Shown here in pieces: positions 1 to 12,988 of a stretch of DNA of 64,000 nucleotides. Under the pieces are notes generated by a model. The model saw only the letters and a program-made list of their open reading frames with translations. It made no database searches and was not told the origin of the DNA. The stretch's first letter is position 1, and each line of letters opens with the position of its first letter. Both the position numbers and the translations under genes were made by a program. Source of the stretch: Pseudogymnoascus verrucosus (taxonomy: Eukaryota); the NCBI GenBank assembly GCA_001662655.1, contig KV460227.1; one strand, written 5' to 3'.

Positions 1-2784
1 CGGTACCATCTGGCAGACCACTCAGTCCCCCAAGAGAATCCGCCGACAGCCGTAATCGAAGTGTCAGTGATCGTGGTAGCACGCATCGCGAGCGACGCCA
101 CCGTCACCGGTCCCCACACCCAAAGTCATCCGATCAAAATCCACGGAGACACCGCTCGGGATCTCGCGATAACAGGTCACCAAGACCAGACAGACACAAG
201 TCATCGGGCTCGACGTCACCCAGGCCTTCGAGAGGTCGCTGGGAATCAGGGACGACATCCTCCAGCCTTTCAAGGCGTGGCAGGCCGTCCCGCGACGAAT
301 ACCGCCCAGATCAGCAAACTGCATCTGGGCCCAATAGCATCGACGTGGAAGATACAAAGATGAATGGACGTGGTGGATATGCGTATGGACCAGGCTACCA
401 TCATCCAAACCAGATGCAAGCGGCTTTCCCGTTGAAACCTCAGTACAACCAAGGTCCTACAAATCAGTATTCACAGTCGCCACAGCACATATCTCCTAAT
501 TCATCTTATCACGGATCTCCGCAACAATCACCCTATCCGCCGGCTGGTAGAGGAGGAGGATGGGGTCCTCCTCAAGGACATCAGTATTCTCCACAACAGT
601 AAGCCCACTTTAATCCAACTATTATTATTGAACAGCACTAACAAATCATTGCAGGCAATATCCTCCAAACTACAATCAAGGCTACCCTCAACCGAATGGC
701 CCTCAAGGGCCTCCGCAAGGCAAATACTATCCTCCACAAAACCACTCGCCACAGTATCCCGGACCGGGTATGCAACATCAGCCGCCACCACAACAGAACT
801 ACCGTGGCGGACCTCGAGGGGGATTCCGGGGCGGGTTTAGAGGTCGTGGCGGTGGACACTTCCAGAATCTACACTGGAATGCCAGTCAGCAAGGCGCTGG
901 TCGGGGCCAAAACAATAGTTCAGGCGACGTAACTCCTCAGCACGCATCCCCAACGGGGCAGCCTTCCCAAGACTCGATTCCTCAAACGGGGCTCGAGGAG
1001 ACGAAACAAGTGGAAGACGTGGAGGAGGAGGATCTCTTCCGCCCATCCAAAGACCTGCAGGTCGAAGATACGTCGAAGAAGACTGATGTCGAAGACGAAA
1101 TGCCTCCACCAGATAGGCCCACACCTACAAGTGCCCAGTCGAACAAGTTTAGCTTTGCTTTCAAGGCATCCCAAAAAGCTGCTCCGGCAACACCGAAGCC
1201 CGAAATATCGCAGAAGCTGGACAAAGTACCTGTACGCGGGCCAACCAAGATAGATCCAGCTCACAATGCGTCTCGTCATATCCCCACTGCCCCTGCCTCA
1301 TCAAGGCGCCATGACTACCGCGACTCTCGTGGCCCTCGCGAGCGAGAAGCTCGTGAGCGAGAAGCTCGTGAACCTCGCGACCACCGCGAACCACGCGATC
1401 GGGATCCACGAGATTTCCGAGAACAGCCTTCTAGGGGGTTCCGAGAGCCCCCTCCATCGAGAGAGTACCGTGAACCTCCAGCGACTCGGGAGTATCGCGA
1501 GCCACTTCCACCCCAAAAACCACCTGCACCTCGGATGGTAAAGAAGATCATGAAGCGGTTAAAAACAAAACCCATTCTCCCAGACGAGTTCAAAACCTCC
1601 GACTCCGTCTACTTCAGGAAACCGGGCAATGAATCTGTCGTAGGTTCTGGGACCTACGGCAAAGTGTTCAAAGCCATCCACGTCTACACAAAGAAGTTGG
1701 TTGCTCTGAAGAAGATCCGCATGGAAGGCGAGAGGGATGGCTTCCCGGTGACAGCTGTGCGAGAGATTAAGCTCTTGCAGTCACTGAAGCACGTCAATGT
1801 CGTCATGCTCCAAGAGGTTATGGTGGAGAAGAATGATTGCTTCATGGTCTTCGAATATCTCTCCCATGACTTGACTGGCCTGCTTAACCACCCAACGTTC
1901 AAACTCAACCCCGCGCAGAAGAAGGACCTTGCAAAGCAGATGTTCGAAGGGCTAGACTACCTCCATCGACGAGGTGTTCTTCATCGAGATATCAAGGCTG
2001 CGAATATCCTCGTCAGCAACGAAGGACAACTAAAGCTTGCTGATTTTGGTCTCGCGCGCTTCTATGCTAAACGCCGACAGCTGGACTACACTAACCGTGT
2101 TATCACCATCTGGTACCGCTCCCCTGAACTTCTGCTCGGCGAGACACAATACGGACCCGCGGTAGACATCTGGAGCGCCGCCTGCGTGCTGGTCGAAATC
2201 TTCACACGCCACGCCATCTTCCCCGGCGACGGTGGCGAGATCAGCCAGCTCGACAAGATCTACGCCATCCTCGGCACGCCGAATTCACGCGACTGGCCGG
2301 GCTTGAAGGACATGCAGTGGTTCGAGCTCCTGCGCCCGACTGCCCGCCGGCCAAACGTGTTCGCCGACAAGTACAAGGAAAGAGTTACGCCCGCTGCATA
2401 CGAACTCCTCGAGGCGATGTTCCAGTACGACCCCGCTAAGCGTCCGACTGCGGGCGATGTGCTGGAGCACCCGTACTTCGCTGTCGAGGAACCGGCACCG
2501 CAGCAAGCGATAGAGTAAGTTCTCACCCCACACTTGCCCATACCATGAAACTAACACATCCGAGACTCCAAACTCTTGAAGGTGACTGGCACGAATTCGA
2601 ATCTAAGGCGCTGAGGAAAGAGAATGAGAAGCGAGACAAAGAAGCGAGGCGGGCAGTCCAGAAGGAAGCCGCGCGGGAGAAGGAGCGCAAGAGGCCTCCT
2701 TCTGACAGTGAGGCGATGGAGCGCGACGCGAAGAGGGTGCAGACCATGCCTCCGCCGCCGCTGCCGGAGAAGGAGGCTTTGTGA
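1..2784 (+). CDS. CTK1: RNA polymerase II CTD kinase (CTDK-I alpha / CDK12-like), 5' end truncated by the window edge
   Basis: Kinase motifs GSGTYGKV, ERDGFPVTAVREIK, HRDIKAAN, DFG, DYTNRVITIWYR and C-terminal GDWHEFESK. Frame 3 is open from the window start (R/S-rich) to an intron at ~599-656; second intron ~2516-2563; stop at 2782-2784. Confidence 0.93.
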
Positions 2785-3262
2785 GGTTGGTGAGAGCATT
2801 ATATTTGGCGTTGATGCAGACGATAATTTTTGGGCGTGGCTTCGCGTGGGTGTTACATGTTAGGCGAGCTTTACTGTTGGAGCATTATACGAATGAAAGC
2901 AAGCATATTGAGTTCTGGTGTTGGAGCATGGGGAGAATGGTGGAGTTGTATTTTTAGCGGAGAAAGGGAAGCGGGTTGGTCGGGGTTGGGGTGCTGTATC
3001 ATATCACAACTCTTTGCTTGAGATTGCACATAGGCTGGCTATAATTTAAATGTTATTTACGCACGCCCTACTTGTTCCGCGCAGAATAGACAGTTCATGA
3101 GGCTAAAATTCAGTCGACACACCAAAGGAGATAAAGTTTATAGATTTACTCGATCGTGTGTGATGAGGAGAACTTGATGGGCTAGAATATATACACCAAC
3201 GCTTGAGACTAGATACGACGAATAAAGGTAGCATTGGTTCCTTGCTCTCTCGTTACATATAT

Positions 3263-5196
3263 TCATAGCTTTGCTTTAGTCTCACTTTTCCATTCCATTT
3301 TCCTAAGCAAGTTTCTTTGAATCTTCCCACTCACCGTCCTGGGTAAAAACTCCAAAGGTACAAATTGGATCTTCCGCGGATACTTATACGGCGCAGCATT
3401 CTTTTTGCAGAAATCTTGTAGCTCTTTCCTTAGTGAGTCCTGGTTTACGTCTTTCCATTGATCGATCAGAACTACAAAGGCCTTCACGACCTCCCCTCGG
3501 ATTGGATCTGGCGAGGATATCACGGCGGATTCAACTACTGATGGGTGCAGTTTCAAGGTCGATTCTACTTCAAAGGGACCTACATAGCCGACCCGTTAGT
3601 AATTCTGTTTTTGGGGGGATGGGAGAGTGTATTTCGATAGGGGTAACATACCGATGCGATACCCAGAAGAGTTGATGACATCGTCTGAGCGGCCAACAAA
3701 CCAGAGGTAGCCATCAGCGTCCCGCCTCGCCTTGTCTCCCGTCAGGTACCAAACCTTCCTCTCTCCATTCTTGGTGAATATTTTTTCTCGCCGGCTAACC
3801 GTATTATCATCATTTAAGTATCCATCGAAGATGCCGAAGAATTCGTTTTTGGATGATATATCGTCTATCAGCACTGCCATTTCACCTTCTTCCCCGACCG
3901 CAGTTTCCGACCCGTCGATATTTATGATAGAAAGAGGCACTGTAGGCGCTGGCTTCCCCATAGAACCTGGACGAATCGGAAACCCGCTGAAGTTCCCACA
4001 GAGGAGAACTGACTCTGTCTGACCGTACCCGTCTCGAATCTCCATGCCGCTGATCGCATTCCATTGTCTGATAACCTCGTCATTTAGGGCTTCTCCGGCG
4101 GCTGTGCAATGCGAGAGCGCCATAGGAGGGTGTTCCTTATAGTAGGATTTAGCCTCTTGCAAGACAAGCTGTCGATATGCAAGTGGAGCTGCGCAAAGGG
4201 TTGTGATAGGATACCGGTGAAGTATCCTTAGAAGGCGCCGAGGGCTGAATGCCTCACGATCATCATAAACAAAAAGAGTAGCTCCGCAATTCCACGCACT
4301 AAAGAATGACCAAGAAGCTTTGCCCCAACCTGTTATAATGTAATAATTAGCTTATGGTTGCACAACCCTGCTATGGTCGAGGAGTCTTGACCTTGCTCTG
4401 CGGTATTCCAAAGCACCTTGCCTGGAGCTAGCTGATACCAAGACTTGGCCGTCGTGGTGAGAGCTGGTCTTGTTAGATATTAACACTGCATCTGCTTGTG
4501 TAAGGAAACCGACCTAATGGATATGAAACCTGGTTATGGCGCACCATCTTCGGTGGACCAGAGGTTCCCGATGTAAAGTAGAGCAGGGCTGGGGAGTTCC
4601 AGTCTCGTCTAACATCTTCCACCGAAGCATCGGCCTCGACAAGTTCTAAAGATGCGTAGAAAGAGTCGGTGCCTGGGTGCGGAACGTCACCTACTTGCAG
4701 TACGGTGCGAACAGATGGACACGCATCCCGGACTGCTAGGAACTTGGCAACACTTGCACCGTCACCCACAAATACGCTGGCCTTGCTTTTGACGCAGCGA
4801 TACTGAATATCTTTTTCGGTCAACAAGGTAGTCGCCGGTGAGATAATTACCCCGCTGCGAATAGCTCCAACGGCGATTTCCCACCTTTTGTAGTCTAGTT
4901 AGCCTCGTCAAGTTTCGGAGCTTTAAGAGTGGGATTTCTCACCATGCCGGGACACGTGGGACGATCATAACCATCGTCTCGCCCTCTTTGATGCCTAAGC
5001 GCTGTAATAAAACAGAGACCCGATGAGACTGGCGTGAGAAGTATTTAAACGTCAAGGAACGCTTTTGAGACTCGCCTTTTGATACCCAATACATTGCCTC
5101 TAAGTCGTCGGGACGGGCCGCCCAATAATCGATAACATCTACCGCAAAATTGAACCGATCCGGTCGCTGGAGTACAGCATCGTAAAAATGTGCCAT
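3263..5196 (-). CDS. Short/medium-chain acyl-CoA synthetase (ACSM-like AMP-binding enzyme), peroxisomal
   Basis: Spliced ORFs give FNFAVDVIDYW, AMP-binding YFTSGTSGPPK, DGYGQTE, YLTGD, GRSDDVINSSGYRIG and APYKYPR..LPRTVSGK. The protein ends in -AKL (canonical PTS1). About 4 introns. Confidence 0.9.
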
Positions 5197-5371
5197 GGTT
5201 AAGAGCTTGGTGGATTTGTAGATATATGGATAGTGTAAAGTAAATAAAGAAGTAAAAGATTGGGGGGGTGGGAGGAGGGGTGATATAAAACTGATACTTG
5301 AGAGGTTTATGATTGTGACAAGGAACCTGCAGCTGCGTCCGTGCCTGCTACTGTTACCCCAGATAGTTATT

Positions 5372-5466
5372 CCCGGGCCGAACGATGCCTACAATGGTGT
5401 AGGGTGAAGATAGAGTTGGAGAGAGCTTATTCGCGGGACAATAGTTCGGCAACTTCTCGGACCGGG
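5372..5466. promoter_or_regulatory. Two CCCGGNCCGA motifs (candidate Zn2Cys6 sites) in the divergent ACS/ECI promoter
   Basis: CCCGGGCCGA at 5372-5381 and TCGGACCGGG (reverse complement CCCGGTCCGA) at 5457-5466. The latter 10-mer recurs exactly at 10111-10120. Confidence 0.5.
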
Positions 5467-5659
5467 GTTACAGTTGGTCACTTGGCACAATCGGTATATG
5501 GCTCCTTGCTACCTTTGTAGTTTCTTATAATCTGCATAATGGTATATGGTTCCTGACTACCTCCGTCCTTTTATAATCTTATAATCTTATTATCTCGCCT
5601 GCGTCCTTTGTACAAAACTAAACACCGTCCACAGAGCCACATTGTAGGCTGAAGTTGCT

Positions 5660-6469
5660 ATGGAGGTGCCTTCATATGATAACGTCAAGGTGGAGATTTT
5701 AAGCCATGGCATTGTTGCATTGGTGACATACAATCGCCCGCAATCTGGCAATTCGCTGCATCCCAAAATGCTGGCAGAGCTTGTGGCTGCTCTTAGATGG
5801 GTTCACAGCAATCCTACCATTCGCATCATGATCCAGTCTGGCACTGGTGAGTTTTTCAACACCGGGATGGAGCTGGTGGACGGCGATGGTATGTCCTTCG
5901 CCCGAGGATCTGATTTCCACGAGCTTAACCGCATCCTGATTCTGTCGGACAAAATACTCATCGCAGCCGTCAATGGGCCTGCTGCGGGCTACGGCGTAAG
6001 CAGCCTGGCACTCTATGATCTGGTCTACTCCGTCCCCGATGCCTACTTCTTCACGCCCTTTGTTAAATGGGGCATGGCGGCCGAGGCAGCCTCGAGTTTC
6101 TCGTTTCCTAGACTCATGGGACACCAAAAAGCCGCATCGCTCTTCCTGGCAGGAGACCGCATCACAGCGCAGGAAGCTTCACTAAATGGGCTCATTAGCA
6201 AGATCCTACCGAGGGAGCAGTTCCTGGCCCAGGTCGTTCAGATCGCCGCGAGAATTGCACAGTCTGCGCCTGCTTCTCTGCGGGCAACGAAGGAGCAGAT
6301 GCGGCAACTGGTGAGGCAGGAATTGCTTGATGCCAATGACCGCGAATGCGATCTGATTCGCCATGAGAGATACGGCTACGAGGAATACCAGAACGCAGTA
6401 AAGCAGTTCCGCGTTGAGCGGCTTGAAAAGCAGGATTTGAAACGCAAAATAACTAAAGGCAGAATTTAA
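5660..6469 (+). CDS. Crotonase-family enoyl-CoA isomerase/hydratase (ECI-like)
   Basis: Intronless 269 aa ORF with YNRP..GNSL, AAVNGPAAGYG, FTPFVKWG.AAEAASS and crotonase-type C-terminal helices. Divergent from the acyl-CoA synthetase. Confidence 0.88.
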   Translation: MEVPSYDNVKVEILSHGIVALVTYNRPQSGNSLHPKMLAELVAALRWVHSNPTIRIMIQSGTGEFFNTGMELVDGDGMSFARGSDFHELNRILILSDKILIAAVNGPAAGYGVSSLALYDLVYSVPDAYFFTPFVKWGMAAEAASSFSFPRLMGHQKAASLFLAGDRITAQEASLNGLISKILPREQFLAQVVQIAARIAQSAPASLRATKEQMRQLVRQELLDANDRECDLIRHERYGYEEYQNAVKQFRVERLEKQDLKRKITKGRI

Positions 6470-6847
6470 TAGATTAAATATAACAATGCATATTATGTCA
6501 CTAATGATGCCATATATTTAATGGAGCATGCACATTGCCCCCTCCCACAAGACATTTCCCTGGCAGTTCTATACGCGTACAGTAACATCTGCCCCATAAG
6601 ATCCGCTTTTCCCCGTTCCCCCGCCTTTATCTACCCCACGTCTCCCCGCCCGCCTTTGCCTTAGGAACGTTGTGACCCCATCTTTTAGGTTAAGCCAATG
6701 CGCCCTTTCCGCATCCTCTCTTCGCATTGAACTCAAGAATGATATAATCGATCCTCTGCCAAAGGATTATTATATACTTCAATTGGGAAACTGGTCTACC
6801 TAGCCTGTTCTGCCAACAGTGCCTAAATTACACTACCTGTGCCCGAC

Positions 6848-9585
6848 ATGCAATCCACCTCTGACAGCAACTGGCCCCTGCGAAAACGGGCTCGCATTGC
6901 ATGTCATTTGTGTCATGACCGAAAAGTACGATGCGACACTGCTCTGGTCGGCATTCCTTGTACCAACTGCCGGCTGGATCACCACATCTGCACTGTACGG
7001 ACCTCGTCCGGAAGGTCTGTCATTCCATCACTGATCTTTCGTTTTAATAGGTATTCCTTTAGCTGATCTCATATTTTTGTAGACGGCCAAAGAAAAGAAT
7101 TCAAGCTCTAGGGTTTACTTTTCCGCCTCCTCCTTCAGCAGCCTTGACAACTTCAGCTCCAATAGGTGTCGAAACTTTAACAGAGTTACATCCATGGGAA
7201 GCCTATATAGAAGGCGACGACAACATGTTCTTGCCTACATCGCCAAAAAACAACCTTTTTTCCAATAGTCTCTACGGGGAGTATGGCTGCTCTCCCCAGA
7301 CCGAAGAGCAGAGGTCTCCATTTCGACCATCAACTATTCCACTAAACATAGGGGACTTTTCACCCTTCTCTCAAGAACTAACCTTTAATGCTAGTGTTAC
7401 GTTTTCTTACTACCCCTTTCTTGAGGTGAAGGAACTGGTAAAGTTAGCCCCAAATGATGTAAGATACTTGGAGTCAAAGGGCTGTTTACACGTTCCTAGT
7501 GGCCGTCATCTCGACCAGTTTATACGACATTATTTCCTTCATGTCCATCCTTGCACACCACTCTTAGATGAAGGACAGTTCTGGGACATGTATTCGAACA
7601 CGCAGGATGATAATAAAGGGACTCATAGGATATCATTGCTACTATTCCAAGCAATGCTCTTTGCTACAGCTACAGTAGGCAACCCTCTCCCCATCCGAAC
7701 CTAGCCCGGAATTTGCTAACTAAATATAAGTTTGTTCCTTTGAATACAATACGAGCTTGTGGTTTTCACAATTACTATACAGCAAGAGAGATACTTCATG
7801 AACGAGCAAGGGTAGGTGCTTTCCATTGATTTGGCTTAAGCACCACACAAACTAAACCATCGTAGCTACTTTACAACTTTCGTACCGAAATTCGATCTGC
7901 TCCAATCGCTCAAGCGTCACTTTTGCTATCGCTTCGAAGCACCCCTCATGATCAGAAAATCAATACATCATGGTTGTCTACTGCCATCGAGAATGCTCGA
8001 GCCGATAACGCACATCTCTACAATCGCCTCCCTGGTCTGAGCAGCCATCAAATAAGCACCAAGAAACGTCTCTGGTGGTGTTGTGTGCTCCGAGACAGGG
8101 TAATTGCTCTGGGGGTTCGACGACCCCTCCAGATCACCCCAGCCCATTTTGATAATAGTCAAGATATGGTCGCAGAGCAAGACTTTTCGGGGGAGATGGA
8201 GCAATCCCTTGTCTATGACGCGGAGACGAAACTTCTTCTGGCAAACATATTTATCGTTCAGTGCCACTTTGCTATAGCGGTAACCTCAACTATCATGACA
8301 TTATATCCTCCGAACGGAGTTATAATCCCAGCATCACCAACTTCAGCTCAAATTTCCGAGCTTCGCATTAAGATGGAGGAGAGCAGGAAGGACCTAGAGA
8401 AATGGATGGAAACATTTAAGGGCCGATTAACCCTAGGCTCAGGTAAGAGCGCAGCATTGCACAATTCAGTGACGCTCTTCGCAGACTTGACAAGTATTTA
8501 TTATTAGTGAGCATTCCATCTATCAAGTCCGGGAACTTTCTAACGTCGCTCTCCAATTAGCACGGCCCAGATTGCACGCTGTCAGCATTCTATGTATCTT
8601 CTAACTGAGTGTCAACCCTTGGCAACGGAAGTTACTCAAGAGCTGAAAACGACACAAGCCGAACTCGAACGTGCCATTATCAATGTTACGGGTAAGGTAA
8701 CTAACCTAGTGACCTTGTGTCTTGTTGGTTACCTTCCTATCAGCCTGTTAGTCACTCTTCATTCTTTGATCTAGCCCTCAAACATGAGAAGATAAATGTA
8801 CACAAGGCTAACAACAAGGCATCACTAGAGTTGCATACACGGCACTCCCTCTAGCGCTACTATCCCTTGACGTGAGGTTGTCGTCAACGGAGTCAGAAAA
8901 GGCGAACCGACAGCAGCGACTCAGTGTATATCAAGAGACCATGAAACAATGTGGCCATCGCTTTGATTTTGTGGGTATTGTTTCTGGTATCATAACCAAG
9001 CTTCTACAACAGGTGGACTTCGAAGAGAGTTCCGCCTTTCATTCAATCAATACTGCTTCTTCCAATGCAAGCCTGCCAGTATTAAGAACTCCGTCTGCTT
9101 TTCCAAAGAGCTGGACTGAATTTGTCAATACACAACCAAATCTTTACTTTAGGCTCTCTGCTTCCCTAGACTACGCGCTATCCACGGGCAAATACCCGTC
9201 TGAAGGCGAACTTCCAGGATGGATCGTTAATCCATCTCGGCCACGAAAGCCAACTCAGTCTATGGAATTCCCGAGCTTGTCTAATTGTGTCTCTACTGTG
9301 GTTCCTGGAGATTCTTTCATGCGAGAAAGACCGTGCAACTTATCACAGCAATTCCGTCAAGATAATTCCATGTTCATCTCATCTGACACCTCACGTCGAG
9401 GATATAACGATGAAACTGATACTTTTGACAGAGCAACGATTGAACTCTGGGATTCCACGGAGACGGGCTTCCCATCTAACGAATTAAGTGGGATATCCCA
9501 GCACATCAGAGAAGATGACAGTGAGAGTCCATTCAGTTCTAATATTGTTTCGGAACTTTTTGATTTACCGGCAATAGGAGGATGA
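6848..9585 (+). CDS. Zn(II)2Cys6 transcription factor, cutinase transcription factor 1-beta / FarB-like
   Basis: RARIACHLCHDRKVRCD..GIPCTNCRLDHHIC binuclear cluster. Middle homology region with YFLHVHP.TPLLDE and KKRLWWCCVLRDR..ALGVRRP. About 5 introns. Confidence 0.88.
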
Positions 9586-10110
9586 ATGAGTCTTCAACTC
9601 TACAGTTCTGCTTCTTGCCAAACGAAACACAACAGAGGGATCGGGATATGGTATAGCTCTACACAAAGCCACACAGGGGATGTAGAATATGCATGCGAGG
9701 GTGGCGTATTGGCTTTAGGCAGATAAGATAGTTGCATTAAAGGAAGTGCAAGTATATATTCTGTATAATTCTACAATTGATAAACATCATTAAAGACGAT
9801 GCTATGAAACTACTTTTTATTACTGCCTGTACCTATATATGCTTAATTAGTAACGGCATCATGCTGCTTCTCATGGTTGTGCCAGACACCTCAGAAGACC
9901 TTACCTTCCCAAGTGCATTCCCCTAGAATCTAAGCTACTTAGGTCGCCGACGTATTTTCAATTTTAATTTGTAAAATACAGCTTAAAGCACCCCGGATTA
10001 TGAGGTAGAGCGGTATCCACATAGATCTCGATGTAGTTTTCTATTTCGGTCTAGGACGTGGGGACACATGGAGCTAATCCCGGGAAAAGGGAGGCTTGCC
10101 TTGTACCGAA

Positions 10111-10132
10111 CCCGGTCCGAATTCGGTCCCGG
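10111..10132. promoter_or_regulatory. Paired CGG-N-CCG motifs upstream of the transporter gene
   Basis: CCCGGTCCGA at 10111-10120, then TCGGTCCCGG (reverse complement CCGGGACCGA) at 10123-10132. Confidence 0.45.
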
Positions 10133-10560
10133 CTTGGTATCAGAGCTATACCGCTTACAGCCGCCCTATTGTACCAAGCAAGCTTTAGGGATTATTGAGA
10201 GTAGATGTGAGTAGACCATAACATCTTAGTTGACATCATGGCAAATCTCAAGTGCCGTGCAACCCCATGGGGAAGCGCCTTAGTGAACTGTTATTGCGGG
10301 GTAGGGATAATAAACCTGCTAGAGGAGAGAAATCGTGGGGAAGAGGTTTGAAGTCTAATAAATAGGGGTTGCCATTTTATAAGATCTGCCTGTCCCATTC
10401 TCATTGTGAAGTCTTTTCTTTTCTTATGCTAGAAGAGTGATCATATCATCATCTTATCCCTTATACTTATACGTCCCAAAGCTATATTATAAGTGTTTTC
10501 TTCGTTGGCTTGCCAGGCAATCACAAATCCTTACTATTTTACTACGAGCCAACTACAACA

Positions 10561-11723
10561 ATGTCTACTAAAGATCGTCTGGAGAAGGACTTCTCAAACA
10601 GCAGAGATGCCGGGCATACTCATGCTGAAATCCAAGATGATACTCTTCGTCGCATCCAGACTGCCGGTAGTTTTGTTATCACTCCTGAGATATTCGAAAA
10701 GATGTACCTTACGCCTCCCAACAAGGTCAAAGGAGACCTTCGCTTGAAATTTGCCAATCCTACACCATTGTAAGTCTTCCCTGAACAAACCCAACTAATC
10801 CTGCTATATATGCATATCTAACTCTAACACTAGGGGTCTTACTGGCTTTGTAATAGCCCTGACGCCGTTGTGCTGTGCCTTAATGGGCTGGAGAGGCGCA
10901 GGAGGAGGCGGCGCTGCCGAAATGTAATTCTCGCCCAAGAACGATTCAATTCCCCGTATATACAAAGTCTACACGCCACTAACAACTATTCTATAACAGA
11001 GGGCCATACTATTGGTTTGGGGGTGCCCTTCAGCTCATTGCAGGTGTCCTCGAATTTTTCCTTGGGAACACATTTCCCTTCGTTGTTCTGACCTCCTTCG
11101 GTAAGAAATATTCTTATAGTCTACAATCATTCGCCTTGTTTCTCATTCAGCACACCTTTTTAATGTACAATGCTAACATTCTGTTATTATCAAGGCGGGT
11201 TCTTCCTCAGTTTTGCGACTACCCTTACACCGTCCTTTAATGCCAGTGCAGCCTATGGAACCAATGTGGAACAATTCCATGCCACCTTCGGATTCTTTCC
11301 TTTATTCATGGGTCTCCTATGCGTCTTCTACTTTATCTGCTCCCTCCGCACAAATATTGTCTTCGCCACTATATTTTTCTTCTTGGTCGCCTCTTTGGGT
11401 CTTTTGACTGCGGGTCACTGGCAGATAGCTCAAGGAAACGTAGACCTTGCGGCCAACATCAATATTGTGGGTCCCCCTGTCAATTATCACTGTTCAATAT
11501 ATCCTTCGTCTTTAGTGATGGCTAGCTAATTGGTATTTTTTACGATATACAGGCTGCTGGCGCAATTGCCTTTGTTTCCGCACTTGGTGGTTGGTACCTC
11601 CTGCTCTCGCAGCTACTCGAAGCTTTAGATTTTCCAATTCAGCTTCCTGTCGGAGATCTCAGTGGATTTATCCAGAGTCGAAGCCAGAGGGTGGCAAAGA
11701 AGGATCCTTCTCAATTGGTTTAG
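10561..11723 (+). CDS. GPR1/FUN34/YaaH (AceTr) family acetate/carboxylate transporter, AlcS-like
   Basis: FEKMYL.P, FANPTPL signature, LEFFLGNTFP, CSLRTN and C-terminal LDFP.QLPVGDLS. 4 introns; stop TAG at 11721-11723. Confidence 0.9.
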
Positions 11724-12119
11724 AATAGCCTGGAGTATCCGGTGCGGAAACAGCGTCATTTATGCCGACTATATAGCGTTTAAACGAGCTTCACATAGAT
11801 CGTTGTCTGTGTCTGTGTTTAATGCAATGCAATGGGTGAGGCGTGAAATTATATCAATATAATTTCAACCCTCTTAATTCCACCTTCATATAGAATCTAG
11901 TATGGTATAGTACACTCCGTTGCTTGTTCCCCCTTTGACCACCTTCTACGCCATCAACTGGGAAAAAACGCCTCTAAAACGGTTCACTTCCATCACGCTG
12001 CAAATGCCTACACTCTTTGCACAATTCCTGCAGTCTCAGTACCATATCTTGACTAAAAAGCGGCGTTAATCCATGGTGACGATCAGCGGGATTAGGTACT
12101 CAGGCAATCTTCAGTAAAA

Positions 12120-12467
12120 CTAAACATTAAAAATAGCTCTATACCCTAGATACCCAAAAGGGATCACCACAATGAGCAAAACAGCCGCGATACCGAAATA
12201 TTCGATAACGGAGGTTGGTCTCCTTCCCCGTCCAGGGCCCACGTGTTCGTCCAATGAAGGACGTGGCCCAGGAGCGCGCCGTTCCGTGGGCATCTGGGGC
12301 GGGTGAATGCCAACGGTGGATTCTTCGAGGGATGTGACGTCTATTCTTGAGGAGGCCGCGGTCAAGCTGTCGGCGAGAGTAGTGAGGCTGTAGAAGCTAC
12401 GACTGTAGTCTTTCCGTTCCGTCCATGGGAGGGTCATCGTCAGGGGGAGGTCTTGAGGGGGCTGCAT
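12120..12467 (-). CDS. Small hypothetical protein with a C-terminal transmembrane helix
   Basis: 115 aa ATG-initiated ORF ending in a hydrophobic segment (YFGIAAVLLIVVIPFGYLGY). No recognised domain. Confidence 0.4.
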   Translation of the reverse strand: MQPPQDLPLTMTLPWTERKDYSRSFYSLTTLADSLTAASSRIDVTSLEESTVGIHPPQMPTERRAPGPRPSLDEHVGPGRGRRPTSVIEYFGIAAVLLIVVIPFGYLGYRAIFNV

Positions 12468-12988
12468 GGTGGACGCGGTGACGGCAACGGTGGAGTAATG
12501 GTGATGCCGATGGTGTGGAGATTATGCTTTCGAGTTTAAGGAGGGAGGAGGATTAGTTTTAAGGAGGAAGTAGCGTTCGTGGATTTGAAAATCTAACTTC
12601 CCAGGTGGCATGACGGACGACACGATGGACCCCTTATTAACCCAGTGATTCTGCCAGTGGTATGATGGATAGACGTAGATACCGAGGCCAGATTCGAACA
12701 GCACCCCTGAAGTTGAGTTTAGATCTTATTTTCCAACTCGGTGTAAATATAGTTCGACCACCTTTGCTATGGCAAGTGCGACTCTGGGCATCAGCATCGC
12801 TCTTTCCTATTGAAGATACTTCACCGAAAATACCGGTGCTACCCAAAGGTTTCAAGTGAGGTCATGGTTATCGATCAAAGATAATATTTGGTCACTTCTG
12901 CAGCTGCCAGTGTAAATTAATCAAATAATTTTTCGACATTTGAACGCCACTTGTATACATATACATATTTATACACCATCTCAGCTCC

